A stretch of 63,663 nt of DNA, counting the filler. It is 20 parts of 20 records of this genome, joined end to end, with 100 filler letters (N's around TTAATTAATTAA, not from the genome) between each part and the next. Parts side by side here need not be neighbours in the genome. Positions count along the whole stretch, not along the records: positions 32,354 to 39,312 come from SRR16133337_99108; positions 39,413 to 43,046 come from SRR16133337_99150; positions 43,147 to 45,749 come from SRR16133337_99320; 17 more parts are not named here. One strand, written 5' to 3'. This document shows, piece after piece, positions 35,501 through 45,749 of this stretch. A model generated the notes under the pieces. That model saw nothing but the letters and a program-made list of their open reading frames with translations. It ran no database searches and was not told where the DNA came from. How positions within the stretch are numbered: the first letter of the stretch is position 1; the number at the start of each line of letters is the position of its first letter. A program made the position numbers and the translations under genes.

Positions 35501-38500
35501 GCATCCAACCCTACGCTCTCCACAATATATATTGAATGATCAGGACTGCGTTATTTACGGAGAAGAGGTAAATCTTGGTTTTTGGTATGTGAGTGACGAT
35601 CAGGAACAAAGTACCTTGTTAGAGGGTTATATTGATAGAAACAATTTTGAAGCTCACAAGTTTAAAACAGAATATATAGGAGCGTTTTGTTATAGAATTA
35701 TGAGAAACAGTAATGATGGAGCGGATCAGGTAGTACTTGATCAACAAGAAGATCTAGTAGCACTTGATGATGGGTCAGAAAATTTAGCATTCACCGTAAA
35801 ACCAAACCAATTTTGGAGGTTTACACCAGTCTCCCTAGATGTACCCGAAGATACAAGATTTTATATCCAGGAGATAGGAAAGGGTTTATATGTTACCCAT
35901 TCTAAGGATGGTAGGCCTTACTTAGGTGAATTTAGAGAAGGTGGGCTAGAACTACAGTGGCGAGTTTTGGACCTAAACGAGGAAGCAAGCATAGAGGATT
36001 TATTTCATTTGCCAGCTTCTGAAGTCCCTAATAATTGGGTCGCTGGATTGAAATATACCGTTGAATATTTCAATAAAGTATATAGTGGCATCTTGGAAAA
36101 TGTAGAGATGCCTTCCGAACAGTTATTCGAGACAGAAGAAATAGTTGACCTTGAGTCAATCACAAATACTGTTCCATGGATTAAGAAAAACCCTAGCACT
36201 GAAGAATTTGGTCCTATATCAATCTCAACCGCTATTCCAGATACTTTTCCAGCAATTGAAAATAGTGTTCGTCTCAGCTATGAAGGTTATTTGTATGTGG
36301 TAGAAAAAGACTTTTATGACTTTATTTTAGAGATGAAAGGAGAAGGTTTAAATAGCAACTATCAACTGAGAATTGATGATGTACTCGTCTCTAAAGGCTC
36401 TGAAGTAGCTGTAGAGTTAAATTCAGATATCGGTTTGCGTTCAGGGTACCATCATTTCAAATTGGAAATCAATATTAATGGTGCGATACCTGAGGATTTG
36501 ACTCTCTTATGGGAAAATAATGTTTCAGGACTCATAGAAGTACCCACTGGAATATTTATAAGTCCATTGGAACAAGCAACTGTAGATGTCTCTGAATTGG
36601 TTTCTGGCTTGTATGTTTGGGACTATTACATATTGAATGATTTGGTGGATAATTTGGGGCCAATTATAGATGCCTATGATGCTCTACATCCTAATGAAAT
36701 CGAGGGTCTATATGGGTTTTTTGAATATGATTTTCATTTAAAAGAAAACATACTGGAACCAATAGAAATAAGTCATCTAATGTCGGATAATTTTATTGAG
36801 TATCTCAAAACTGTTAATCATTGGTATCACTTTAAAGGCTATATACAGGCACCTTCAACTGGACAAGAAGGGACACAATGGAGAGTTTCGTTTGGAGATT
36901 TCCGGGCCAAGGTTTATATAAATGGTATGGAGGTAATCGGTCATAAACCTCTGGTATCTGGAAATTCCACAACAAGTCGAACCTTTTATTTTGAAGACGA
37001 GGATGAACTCTTACATCTAGATATTTATGCTGAATCTGGAGTTAGAGGGGTGTATGATGAAGATGAAGATGTAAGCAAGATTTATACTGATTTCAAATTT
37101 CAGTATCAGGATGCTTCTAACAATTGGCAAGATTTTTCTGACAGTTATTTCACAAAAGTTGTGCCATTTCTTAAAAAAGAGAACGTGACAATCAAAGGTT
37201 CTACATTACCTAATCAAGTACCTAATGACCTACAGTATGTACCCACACATATTGGAGGAGGTGGTCATATCAATTGGGACATCTATCTCAACGGATTGGG
37301 TAACTACCAGATTAAGAATGCCACTTCTGGAGAACTTGAAAAGAAATATCTAAGTATCAATGCTCTTGGACAGCCTTCTTTAGTCTTTGCAACAGACTTT
37401 ATGAATAATGATGGTTGGAGCTTGAATATGATTTCAACAGAATTTCAAGAACCTTATTACACCTTTTCAATGGAAGGTATGAGTTTAGCTCAGTTTCCTG
37501 AAACGGATAATATGTATCAGGGTTTACTGGCGACTTCTACGGGTGAATATGAAGTAAATACAGATTTGAATCCCTATTTTGAATTAAAACCAATAGGCGA
37601 TCTTTTGTTACATGTTCCAGTTACCAACAGCATGTTTATGGACCATAGCGAAAATGGTTTTCCTATTTCAACATCTGGAAATGTAACTCATCATACCGAT
37701 GGTTCCCATTTTGAGGTCTTAAATTTTGGCGGATTTCCGGTTTCGGAATCCTCAGAAGAGTCTTCAATATTGAGTACTGAAATGGACCTACCAGAATCTG
37801 AATATGCAGTTTCTTTTTGGTTCGTTACGCTGGATGCCCATACGGGCTTGTATTCGGTAACTGAAGCTAATAAAGATGGAAATCGGGATCGTCTGCTTTA
37901 CTTGTCGAATGGAGAGATAAAGGCGAGAGTTTGGAAGAATGAAACGATTGAAAGTTCGGGACTAAACTTGGCAGACGGAGCATGGCATCATGTTGTTCAT
38001 ACACTTGGACAATCTGTCGGCGGACAAAAATTATATGTAGATGGAGAACTGGTGGCAAGTGGAAACAAAGAACAAAGTGACTTTAATTGGGAAAGTAAGC
38101 TCAACTTTGGCTATGCCAAAGACGCCTCCAATCCAGATTTCGTTGGACTCATGGATGAAATGAAGGTCTGGAATAAAGCATTAACGATCGATGAAGTGAT
38201 GCAAGAGTACACAGATAACTTAGTTGCAGAACCTATTCTTTATTATCCATTCGATGGAAACATAAAAGATTATGGTAGATATAGTAGAAGGGAATCGCAT
38301 CCTAGTATTCCTCAATCCTTAGATGGTTCTAGTTTTGGCATAAGTTATTCTCTAGAAGTCGCTTTTCAGGTGGATCCTGAACAAAATAATCAATGTGTTG
38401 TTTTTGATGGAAATAGTTATATCGATGGACCCAAAGTAAATCATATCATATATTGGAATAAGGCTATAGGTAGAAGTGATAAAGGCTCTGTTTCGATGCT

Positions 38501-39281
38501 GGTAAAAACACAACAGAATTCTTATAGTGTCCTGTTTTATGGAGCTGCTGATAGTCATGGAACTGGCTTTGGTCCAGAAAGAGAAATGCATATAGGTACT
38601 GCTACTGACCTAGGATTCAACTTATTCCTTGAAGGAGTTTCGAATGATGTGAATCAATACAGTCATGATGACTCGAATACTGATAACCAATGGCATCACC
38701 TAGTATCCACATGGGATCTTGAGAAGGGAATCAAAATGTATATTGATGGTGAAGCGGTGGCTTATAAAGATCACAATCAAGCACAATTTGATTTTTCCAT
38801 GATTAGACTTGGTCAACCAGCTGTGTTGGATACATACTACAGCTACCTAGGTATGATGGACGAATTTAAATGTTATGACTTTGCCCTTTCCTCTGAGGAA
38901 GTACTTCGAATGAGTCAACTGTATGGTTTTGGGAATAACCCTAGTCAATACCCTTTCATCAATGAGCCTGATATTACCTTCTTGGAGATAGAAGAAACCT
39001 CTAGTAAGCTACCTTTTATTTATCCTATACCATTTAATAAATATTTAAAAATTCAGGTTCCTTTAGAAATGGGACAAAAAGTAGATTTTAAATTAAGGAA
39101 TATGAACGGAAATATTGCAGTTAATCTCTTTGACATTAGCGTGTCAACAGACGAAAACGGGAAACGTGAGGTCTATATTGATCTAAGTAATTACAATCTC
39201 AAAAACGGTCCCTATACTTTTATCGTTACTGGGGAATCTGGTGAAATTTCACAATCGGTGCAAATAGCCCGTGAAGATTAA
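32535..39281 (+). CDS. 2248-aa T9SS-secreted multidomain protein: signal peptide, unassigned ~600-aa region, beta-trefoil repeats, 2x PA14-like, 2x LamG, T9SS CTD
   Basis: Ricin-like QxW and 'YQVIN..T..YL' repeats (~34430-35980, ~37190-37590); PA14-like 'YEGYLY...LRID...GYHHF' (~36040-37150); LamG 'DG.WHH...YVDG...G.MDE....AL' (~37600-38925); CTD 'IYPIPF...L..G.Y'. Confidence 0.85.
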   Translation: MKKSKILIVLILFLALPCKEIFCQPTIAIDECVPFLKFGKNNLNEDVTIGFDNIHGSSKEPLASLTAEVAEELESEVVDVVAVSAEKVASELIVTFSELAFETIGAAFEIFLLLVPPTVFEDIGKYIWSTEKETLKDLSNTGPLGVFTSSALFVTEMIVHKDKFKKLLHNIKEDYKNFFFPPQSDFHFFDVESGNVIAITDVTLKSPFQFKMSVLLDDMNSEVSQVSTSIYVPVSFSYENVKNNLIMTGKEENIGITVLELRDFLDPSYLLAVYDTSEVVLTEKYRDPDIKKNDSNEVSYTEAQYDLLEITNIHYSRNPVEINIFPEDEFPTFPSKLAAYHSYTWEYLSTIDKQAISKEGTSKRVSHSMDPLYVSRELMTEVVVKLFTGKLDKNGGLIYNFDADAVKELSYTWTAIPKEDGIGTDAYKIDIISDLSDFPLTEDGTSLFAGIFMETLKTKDGQMPIGENPDNLIQEQELIYSGQIIDYVKSDNSFDVDNGLNAETALLNPSIRFKDHILENGDISMESSNLYLEVSLSNPDLGTIRLENSSVGEDEVSYLTIDLSSPTSVRAYHQQNDKVKKKAFTSVEENGNKLLVVIEGVPMTRSDIIFSKTTYPKINKQIRATVLSDPEPLENNHSYNFYSEQGYLSTKGNDVQLDTKAPPKGWAFIGSLENGIALMDNASGKVLTMDDNNDLIMVDWDVYDTRLYWLLFLEGNQMRFKNKATGMYLNFDTSSEYTAFTVRDKRLNPYLYIEPGKYTFWNRALCEKAYAFKNDNTNPLNNLGFFPNSTITENMQWYFIYVGFGEYQVINVTTNLYLAYDENENLTLSDDQAMGWFFQVMTNGDLLLKDRRTKKYLRSSKESLMVLDNPENENDMRYFFRFVKYDKEIDNYYEPLERGWYSLTDESSEQFMLDPIDEHQYFVVNQHKDVLTIDEEGRIFYSLFENSDHQKWVAYRNYDGLVWYNKRTGLYYSVNEEGLSIGSFQAQTLHPTLRSPQYILNDQDCVIYGEEVNLGFWYVSDDQEQSTLLEGYIDRNNFEAHKFKTEYIGAFCYRIMRNSNDGADQVVLDQQEDLVALDDGSENLAFTVKPNQFWRFTPVSLDVPEDTRFYIQEIGKGLYVTHSKDGRPYLGEFREGGLELQWRVLDLNEEASIEDLFHLPASEVPNNWVAGLKYTVEYFNKVYSGILENVEMPSEQLFETEEIVDLESITNTVPWIKKNPSTEEFGPISISTAIPDTFPAIENSVRLSYEGYLYVVEKDFYDFILEMKGEGLNSNYQLRIDDVLVSKGSEVAVELNSDIGLRSGYHHFKLEININGAIPEDLTLLWENNVSGLIEVPTGIFISPLEQATVDVSELVSGLYVWDYYILNDLVDNLGPIIDAYDALHPNEIEGLYGFFEYDFHLKENILEPIEISHLMSDNFIEYLKTVNHWYHFKGYIQAPSTGQEGTQWRVSFGDFRAKVYINGMEVIGHKPLVSGNSTTSRTFYFEDEDELLHLDIYAESGVRGVYDEDEDVSKIYTDFKFQYQDASNNWQDFSDSYFTKVVPFLKKENVTIKGSTLPNQVPNDLQYVPTHIGGGGHINWDIYLNGLGNYQIKNATSGELEKKYLSINALGQPSLVFATDFMNNDGWSLNMISTEFQEPYYTFSMEGMSLAQFPETDNMYQGLLATSTGEYEVNTDLNPYFELKPIGDLLLHVPVTNSMFMDHSENGFPISTSGNVTHHTDGSHFEVLNFGGFPVSESSEESSILSTEMDLPESEYAVSFWFVTLDAHTGLYSVTEANKDGNRDRLLYLSNGEIKARVWKNETIESSGLNLADGAWHHVVHTLGQSVGGQKLYVDGELVASGNKEQSDFNWESKLNFGYAKDASNPDFVGLMDEMKVWNKALTIDEVMQEYTDNLVAEPILYYPFDGNIKDYGRYSRRESHPSIPQSLDGSSFGISYSLEVAFQVDPEQNNQCVVFDGNSYIDGPKVNHIIYWNKAIGRSDKGSVSMLVKTQQNSYSVLFYGAADSHGTGFGPEREMHIGTATDLGFNLFLEGVSNDVNQYSHDDSNTDNQWHHLVSTWDLEKGIKMYIDGEAVAYKDHNQAQFDFSMIRLGQPAVLDTYYSYLGMMDEFKCYDFALSSEEVLRMSQLYGFGNNPSQYPFINEPDITFLEIEETSSKLPFIYPIPFNKYLKIQVPLEMGQKVDFKLRNMNGNIAVNLFDISVSTDENGKREVYIDLSNYNLKNGPYTFIVTGESGEISQSVQIARED

Positions 39282-39412
39282 TAACAAATAAGAATAGACA
39301 GCCCCGTTTTTTNNNNNNNNNNNNNNNNNNNNNNNNNNNNNNNNNNNNNNNNNNNNTTAATTAATTAANNNNNNNNNNNNNNNNNNNNNNNNNNNNNNNN
39401 NNNNNNNNNNNN

Positions 39413-39455
39413 TAGCAAGCCTAAAATTTTTGGGTTTCTAACCGAGCGGAGTATC
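39413..39455 (-). repeat. Dispersed element, copy 4 (at contig start)
   Basis: Minus strand GATACT ccgctcgg TTAGAAACC CAAAAATTTTAGGCTTGCTA. Confidence 0.8.
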
Positions 39456-39520
39456 TAAAAATTAAACAATAACTTTACAAATAGATCCATCAATTCAAAA
39501 CAATTTAATTTTTAATACTT

Positions 39521-40579
39521 ATGGAAAAAATATTGATTTTAGGAATGGGTAAAGTAGGTTCTTTAGTTGGGGTTTTGTTACATAAAAAATTTTCGGTCTG
39601 TGGCTTAGACAAAAAGAAACCCTATTATAACATCCAATTGCCTTTTGAGATCATAGAAGGAGATGTTACCGATGATTCGTTTATGAAAACTATTTTAAAA
39701 GAATTTGAAGCAGTTGTCTCTGCACTTCCTTATTATTTAAACAAGTCTATTGCTGAAATTTCGGCTAGATTAGGGATTCATTATTTTGATTTAACTGAAG
39801 ATGTTGAAACAACACAATACATCAAAAAACTCTCAGAAACCTCTGAAGCAGTAATGATTCCACAATGTGGGTTAGCCCCAGGTTTTATAGGAATTGTAGG
39901 TGCTAATCTGGCAAGTAAGTTCACAAAATTAAGAGATATAGAATTACGTGTAGGTGCGCTACCTCGTTATCCAAATGGACTTTTAGCGTATTCTTTTACC
40001 TGGTCGCCAACTGGAGTAATCAATGAATATATAAACGATGCTGAGGCGATTCATAATGGCAAAAGAAAAAAGGTACCTTCTTTAGATGGACTTGAATACA
40101 TAAACATAGAAGGGCAAGAATTTGAAGCTTTTACAACTTCAGGTGGTTTAGGAACCCTATGTGAAACCTATGAAGGAAAAGTAGATACGTTAAATTACAA
40201 AACCATTCGTTATCCTGGTCACGGTAAATTAATGAAATTTTTAATGTATGAATTGTTGTTAAAAGAAAACAAAGAACTATTAGAAAAAATATTGTTAGAA
40301 GCAAAACCACCCGTTACAGAAGATGTTGTTTATATATATGCTGTGGTTGAAGGTTGGTGTGATGAAAAGCTTTTGAGAAAAGAATTTTACAAAGCGTATT
40401 ACCCAAAAGAAATAGATGGGAGCATGTGGCGTGCTATATCTTGGACAACCGCAGCTTCTGTTTCTGCTGTTGTTGAAATGGTTTCTGAAAAGAAACTACC
40501 CAGTAGTGGTTTTATCAAGCAAGAAGAGATTTCATTAGAACTCTTTAAGGAAACAAGTTATGGACATTATTTTGAATAG
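39521..40579 (+). CDS. Saccharopine dehydrogenase-like / L-lysine 6-dehydrogenase family protein
   Basis: Rossmann GMGKVG, HYFDLTED, CGLAPG, EAFTTSGG, YKTIRYPGH. Confidence 0.85.
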   Translation: MEKILILGMGKVGSLVGVLLHKKFSVCGLDKKKPYYNIQLPFEIIEGDVTDDSFMKTILKEFEAVVSALPYYLNKSIAEISARLGIHYFDLTEDVETTQYIKKLSETSEAVMIPQCGLAPGFIGIVGANLASKFTKLRDIELRVGALPRYPNGLLAYSFTWSPTGVINEYINDAEAIHNGKRKKVPSLDGLEYINIEGQEFEAFTTSGGLGTLCETYEGKVDTLNYKTIRYPGHGKLMKFLMYELLLKENKELLEKILLEAKPPVTEDVVYIYAVVEGWCDEKLLRKEFYKAYYPKEIDGSMWRAISWTTAASVSAVVEMVSEKKLPSSGFIKQEEISLELFKETSYGHYFE

Positions 40580-40581
40580 TT

Positions 40582-41496
40582 ATGGACTTTAGTAAAAACA
40601 ATTTATTAGAAAAGATTTTAGAGGGTTTGTTTAAAACTTATGAAGAACGGGTTTCTGAGGTGAAATTAATTTCATCAGCAATGAAATCTGAAAAAATTAT
40701 TGAGCATGAAAGTGAAATCGTTAATGATCACATTGCCTTTAGAACTTTAGGGATTCCAAATTTAGGAATTCAATCTTTTGAAAAAATATTTCTTCATTAT
40801 GGCTATGTCAAGAGAGATTATTATCATTTTGAATCTAAGAAATTGGATGCTTATTGGTATGCTCCTCCAAAACCAGAGTACCCAAGGGTTTTTATTAGTG
40901 AATTGAAAGTAGAAGAACTGTCAAGTGTGGCACAAGAAATTATTTTTAGATACACCCGTCAAATTAAGAGAGATCCTATAGACTCCATAGATTTGAATGC
41001 TGTTGATCAAGTATTAAATTTTTTTACAAAATCTTTATGGGAACTCCCATCTCTAGAAGACTATCTTTCTTTGTTTGATGAAAGTGAATACGCTTCTTGG
41101 GTACTTTACAATCGTTACTATTTAAATCATTATACAATTGGTATCCATGCTTTAAAAGAAGGGTACAATACCTTAGAGGAATTTAATTGTTTTTTAACCA
41201 AAATTGGTATAAAGTTAAATGATTCTGGAGGCATCATTAAAAAAAGTAAAGACGGTTTGCTATTGCAAAGTAGTTCTGTGGCCGAAACTTTAATTGCTGA
41301 ATTTAGTGAAGGCAAAAAGCATCCTATTTCTGGAAGTTACGTTGAATTTGCAGAACGAAAGGTTCTTCCTCAGTATCTTCATTTGGAGCGTACTGAGATG
41401 CAACCACATCACAGGCGTGATGGTTTTGAAACGAGTAACGCAGATAAAATTTTTGAAAGTACCTATTCAACCCAAATAAAAAAAAGAAAATTATGA
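40582..41496 (+). CDS. DUF1338-family 2-oxoadipate dioxygenase/decarboxylase (HglS-like)
   Basis: NDHIAFRT, PRVFISEL, NHYT, LLQSS, YVEFAER, RDGFE..NADKIFEST (H/H/E metal triad). Confidence 0.85.
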   Translation: MDFSKNNLLEKILEGLFKTYEERVSEVKLISSAMKSEKIIEHESEIVNDHIAFRTLGIPNLGIQSFEKIFLHYGYVKRDYYHFESKKLDAYWYAPPKPEYPRVFISELKVEELSSVAQEIIFRYTRQIKRDPIDSIDLNAVDQVLNFFTKSLWELPSLEDYLSLFDESEYASWVLYNRYYLNHYTIGIHALKEGYNTLEEFNCFLTKIGIKLNDSGGIIKKSKDGLLLQSSSVAETLIAEFSEGKKHPISGSYVEFAERKVLPQYLHLERTEMQPHHRRDGFETSNADKIFESTYSTQIKKRKL

Positions 41497-43016
41497 ACAT
41501 CCTAGAACCTTTTACGATTCCAGAATTTGCGTATGGACTCAGCACAGGACGTGTAAATAAACATGGTAAAGGAGGGGTTCTTAAAATCTCATCGCCTGTA
41601 GATGGAAATCCTATAGGCAGTGTTTCTACTGCTTCCAAAGAAGATCTTGATGAAATTGTGGAAATAGGACATAAAACTTTTTTAGAATGGCGTAAAATCC
41701 CTGCCCCTATTCGTGGTGAAACTGTTCGCCTTTTAGGGAACAAATTGCGAGAATTTAAAGACCCCTTGGCAAAATTAGTCAGTTACGAAATGGGGAAAAG
41801 TTTACAAGAAGGTCTAGGAGAGGTACAAGAAATGATAGATATTTGTGATTTTGCCGTTGGAATGTCTAGACAATTGTATGGTTTGCAAATGCATTCTGAA
41901 AGACCAAACCATAGAATGATGGAGCAATGGCATCCTTTAGGAGTGGTTGGAATTATTTCAGCTTTTAATTTTCCCGTAGCTGTTTGGGCATGGAATACCG
42001 CTATTTCTTTGATTTGTGGAAATGTTTGTTTGTGGAAACCTTCAGAAAAAACACCTTTTACAGCCTTAGCATGTCAACACATTTTTTCTTTAGTTTTAAA
42101 AGAACGAAATCTTTCTGAAGGTATTTCGTCCATCATTATTGGAGAGGGTGCTATTGGAGAAGCCATGGCAAAACACCCCAAGTTGCCTTTGATCTCGGCG
42201 ACAGGATCTACAGATATGGGGAGATCCGTAGGGGTTCATGTTGCCGAAAGATTTGGAAAATCAATTTTAGAACTAGGAGGTAACAATGCCATTATTGTTA
42301 CGGAACATGCAGATATCAAGCAAACAATACCTGCTATTGTTTTTGGTGCTGTGGGTACTGCAGGACAAAGGTGCACGTCAACACGAAGATTAATTGTTCA
42401 TTCTTCTCTTTATGAAGAATTAAAACAAAAATTAATTACTGCTTACAAACAGATAAAAATAGGTTCCCCATTAAATGAAGAAAACCATATGGGACCTTTG
42501 ATAGATAAGGAAGCTGTTGCTACTTATTTAAAAGCAATTGCAGTTTCTGTAAAGGAAGGAGGTATTGTTTTAAGTGGGCATGAAGTATTGAAAGGAAAGC
42601 AATATACTTCTGGTTGTTATGTGCTTCCTACGATTATTGAAGCAACACGAGAAATGGATATGATTCAAAAAGAAACATTTGCCCCAATCTTATATTTGTT
42701 AAAATATGATTCTTTGGATGATGCGATTGCAATACAAAATAGTGTTTCACAAGGGTTATCCTCTTCTATTTTTACATTGAATTCGAGAGAAAGTGAATAT
42801 TTCTTATCTTCTTTAGGATCTGATTGTGGTATTGCCAATGTAAATATTGGAACATCTGGTGCTGAGATAGGAGGCGCCTTTGGAGGAGAAAAAGAAACAG
42901 GAGGGGGAAGAGAAAGTGGCTCAGATGCTTGGAAAACATATATGAGACGGCAAACATGTACTGTAAACTATGGATCTGAGCTTCCGTTAGCACAAGGAAT
43001 TAAGTTTGACATATAA
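41493..43016 (+). CDS. amaB: Piperideine-6-carboxylate / aminoadipate-semialdehyde dehydrogenase (ALDH7 family)
   Basis: AFNFPVAVW, LELGGNNA, GTAGQRCT, GAEIGGAFGGEK.TGGGRESGSDAWK, C-terminal PLAQGIKF. Confidence 0.92.
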   Translation: MNILEPFTIPEFAYGLSTGRVNKHGKGGVLKISSPVDGNPIGSVSTASKEDLDEIVEIGHKTFLEWRKIPAPIRGETVRLLGNKLREFKDPLAKLVSYEMGKSLQEGLGEVQEMIDICDFAVGMSRQLYGLQMHSERPNHRMMEQWHPLGVVGIISAFNFPVAVWAWNTAISLICGNVCLWKPSEKTPFTALACQHIFSLVLKERNLSEGISSIIIGEGAIGEAMAKHPKLPLISATGSTDMGRSVGVHVAERFGKSILELGGNNAIIVTEHADIKQTIPAIVFGAVGTAGQRCTSTRRLIVHSSLYEELKQKLITAYKQIKIGSPLNEENHMGPLIDKEAVATYLKAIAVSVKEGGIVLSGHEVLKGKQYTSGCYVLPTIIEATREMDMIQKETFAPILYLLKYDSLDDAIAIQNSVSQGLSSSIFTLNSRESEYFLSSLGSDCGIANVNIGTSGAEIGGAFGGEKETGGGRESGSDAWKTYMRRQTCTVNYGSELPLAQGIKFDI

Positions 43017-43148
43017 GCTGTAGGCTATAAGCAGTAGGCAAAATTGNNNNNNNNNNNNNNNNNNNNNNNNNNNNNNNNNNNNNNNNNNNNTTAATTAATT
43101 AANNNNNNNNNNNNNNNNNNNNNNNNNNNNNNNNNNNNNNNNNNNNAA

Positions 43149-45749
43149 GAAGAAGAAGAAGAAGCAGAAGAAAAAGCAGAAGAAAAAAATGGAGATGCTG
43201 GCATCAATGATGTAGATGAGGAAAAATACCAACGAGCTGCTGCTATAGAAATCATGCGGCAAGGGCCCGTACGTGCAGACGAAACTGGTCCTACATTTGA
43301 AGACCAACCACCCGTAGACACATTTAAACATACGTTTGCGCCAAGTGAATTCAACATTAACATGGACGAACTCAGAAACCGTCTGATTGACAAAAACTTT
43401 GACAACATTTGGCCAAAGATTGCCAATACCCCGAACCGCGATGACAAGATCGGCCTTTTCGGAAACTTATTCCCTTTTCTATTCTGTGATGGGAAAGGCG
43501 ACCCAACAAATCCGACCAATCGCGAGGCCGACATCACTGAGCGAGAGTTTGTTCGACATTTGCTGAAATTAGCTTACTTCGACAAAGAAGAAAACAGATG
43601 GGTTTACCCATTTGCACGACATCACTTGTTCATATTTTTTGCATTCAACAGGTTCCGTCGAATAGATATCATGCGGAGCGCACGTATATATTTCCGAGAC
43701 CACAGAAATGACAATGCAAGATTGACATGCGAAGAGCTAGAAGAAGCTGCAAAGGATAAAGAAGGGAGTTCAATTCTGCAAAACATACGTCCATACCTAG
43801 CAAACCTGTCTGGCACCAAGGAATATTGGCGAGACCTTCAACTGGACGCAGATGCGGGTATTGAAACTTTTGGCTCGCCACACATTTTCGAGTCAGGATC
43901 CGTGGCAGACCATCAATGGGACGACATGCACAAAATCTTACCACATCCTGCTGGCATAACACCCACCACCAAGCAACGTAAAGAAATGTCATTGGAGAAT
44001 CCACACCTTGTCGAAGCGTTTCTGGATCTGAAATTAATCAAATACCAAAAAGCAATGCGAGAAATTTACGATATCAAATGGTTCCTTCTGCGTAAGGAAT
44101 GCCAAGCCAGATCAGTTCTTCACCTGCACGGAATGGCGGTAAAAAGATTCATGGAAGATTTTACAAAACTTGGTGCAATCGCGATGGAAGGACACTTGGC
44201 AGACCTGGAACTCGTGGAAATAGGCGAAAATCACGTGCGGAAGCCATCCGCTAAGGAGATAGAGCGACTGGTCGAGACGAGTACAGCTGGCGTAGACGCA
44301 GCAACAACAATCACAACATTCACCGACAAGGTCACTGGAGCAGTAAATCCAAATTTGAACGAAAACGGTGAACCTCTAAATATGTTCTCCAGACCGAAAA
44401 CAAACCCATGCGTGAAGGGTTTCCCTGAAGTACAAGAAGAACACATAAATTTTTGGACAAAACAACCTCAGTGGCCACAAGACAATTGGAAACGTGATAG
44501 AGAATGCGTACTGAAACCAGATGTTTTGGATGCTACTTTCGACTACCCTGAGGGACCACTGCTCTACAAAACAAAACTTAAGCCAAACAGTAGCGACTAC
44601 ACACCACTTGAAAACGACACGAATGAACTCGTAAATGTAGTCCAGATACACAACTGTGGGGCTTACTGCGCCAACAAAAAGAGAAACAAGAAGAAGAATG
44701 GGAAAGAATGTGGCTTGGGTTTTCCATTTACGGACGATCCAGACAATGACATACAAAGAATTAGGAAAGAAGCAAAACTAGAATTCGTTCACGAGGGAGG
44801 AGAATTTGACGAGAAGACCGGGAAAGCACAAGACGAGACAATCAAACTTGAACTTCTATATCCCCGAAACGATCCGTACATGGTGCGGACAAATAAACTA
44901 CAACTCAGAAATTGTAGATCGAATTCAGACTGCGCTGTGGTAGTCGAAGGATCAGGAGTTAGCGGATATGTAACAAAGTATGTTTGCAAACCTGAGGGAA
45001 TGTCCAAAACAATGAAACAATTTTTCATAGACTCAATCAATGCACGTAAAAAGACACTCGAACAAAACAATCTCGACAAAGACACAGAATCAGGACTCGC
45101 TGTTATTACAAAAGTTATGATGAAATCGTGTAGTACACGTGATTATGGAAAATATGAGGCTGCAAGACTACTTCTGCAACTTCATTCGTATTACTCAAGT
45201 CACGGTGTGAAAGTTTACAGTCTCTACGAAAAGAGAGGCGGAAACATCAGAGATGATTGGAAAGATTTAAACCCTGCTGATAGTGTTCTGTCATCGAGTC
45301 GGGTACAAGCGTACGCAGACAGACTAACAACAATAAGAAATGTACCATTGAAAGAATTGGAAGACATTTGCTTGAGAAGATACCTCAGCCATTACTACAC
45401 AACTGGGAAAAATAACTCAATACTAGGCGCACTAGCGGAAGACAAAATTCAGGTTGTCAGATTTAAACCATCCTACAAGTGCAGGGGAAAAAGCATTATG
45501 TTTCACAAATATTGCCAGTTTCGACTCTTGCAATATCGTCCGTGGGCGCGTACACGTCGAGAGGCTTGGCTGGAGATGGCGAACATGTGCCCAATACCTT
45601 CCTTCGATTTACAAATTCGTCCAAGTGGCTTCTCAGAATCTCAACTTGACAACATCGATGAAGAAAAACATGAATTAAAAACTGACAGCAATTCTGATGC
45701 CGGTGATTGTGGTGATGGTTGTGGTGATGGTGGTGGTGGTGGTGGTGGT
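43149..45749 (+). mobile_element. Helitron (Helitron2/Helentron-like) Rep protein fragment; ORF open across the whole contig
   Basis: FPFLFCDG, FARH..FIFFAFN, GTKEYW, E.QAR...HLHG (HUH), Q.H.C...C, C...FP, YVTKY.CK (YxxKY). Confidence 0.9.

Noticed and set aside
26586..45749. Reverse transcriptase and HUH Rep as a bacterial retron, DGR or defence system next to topA or the lysine operon
   Set aside because: They are on separate contigs and carry eukaryotic LINE and Helitron motifs.
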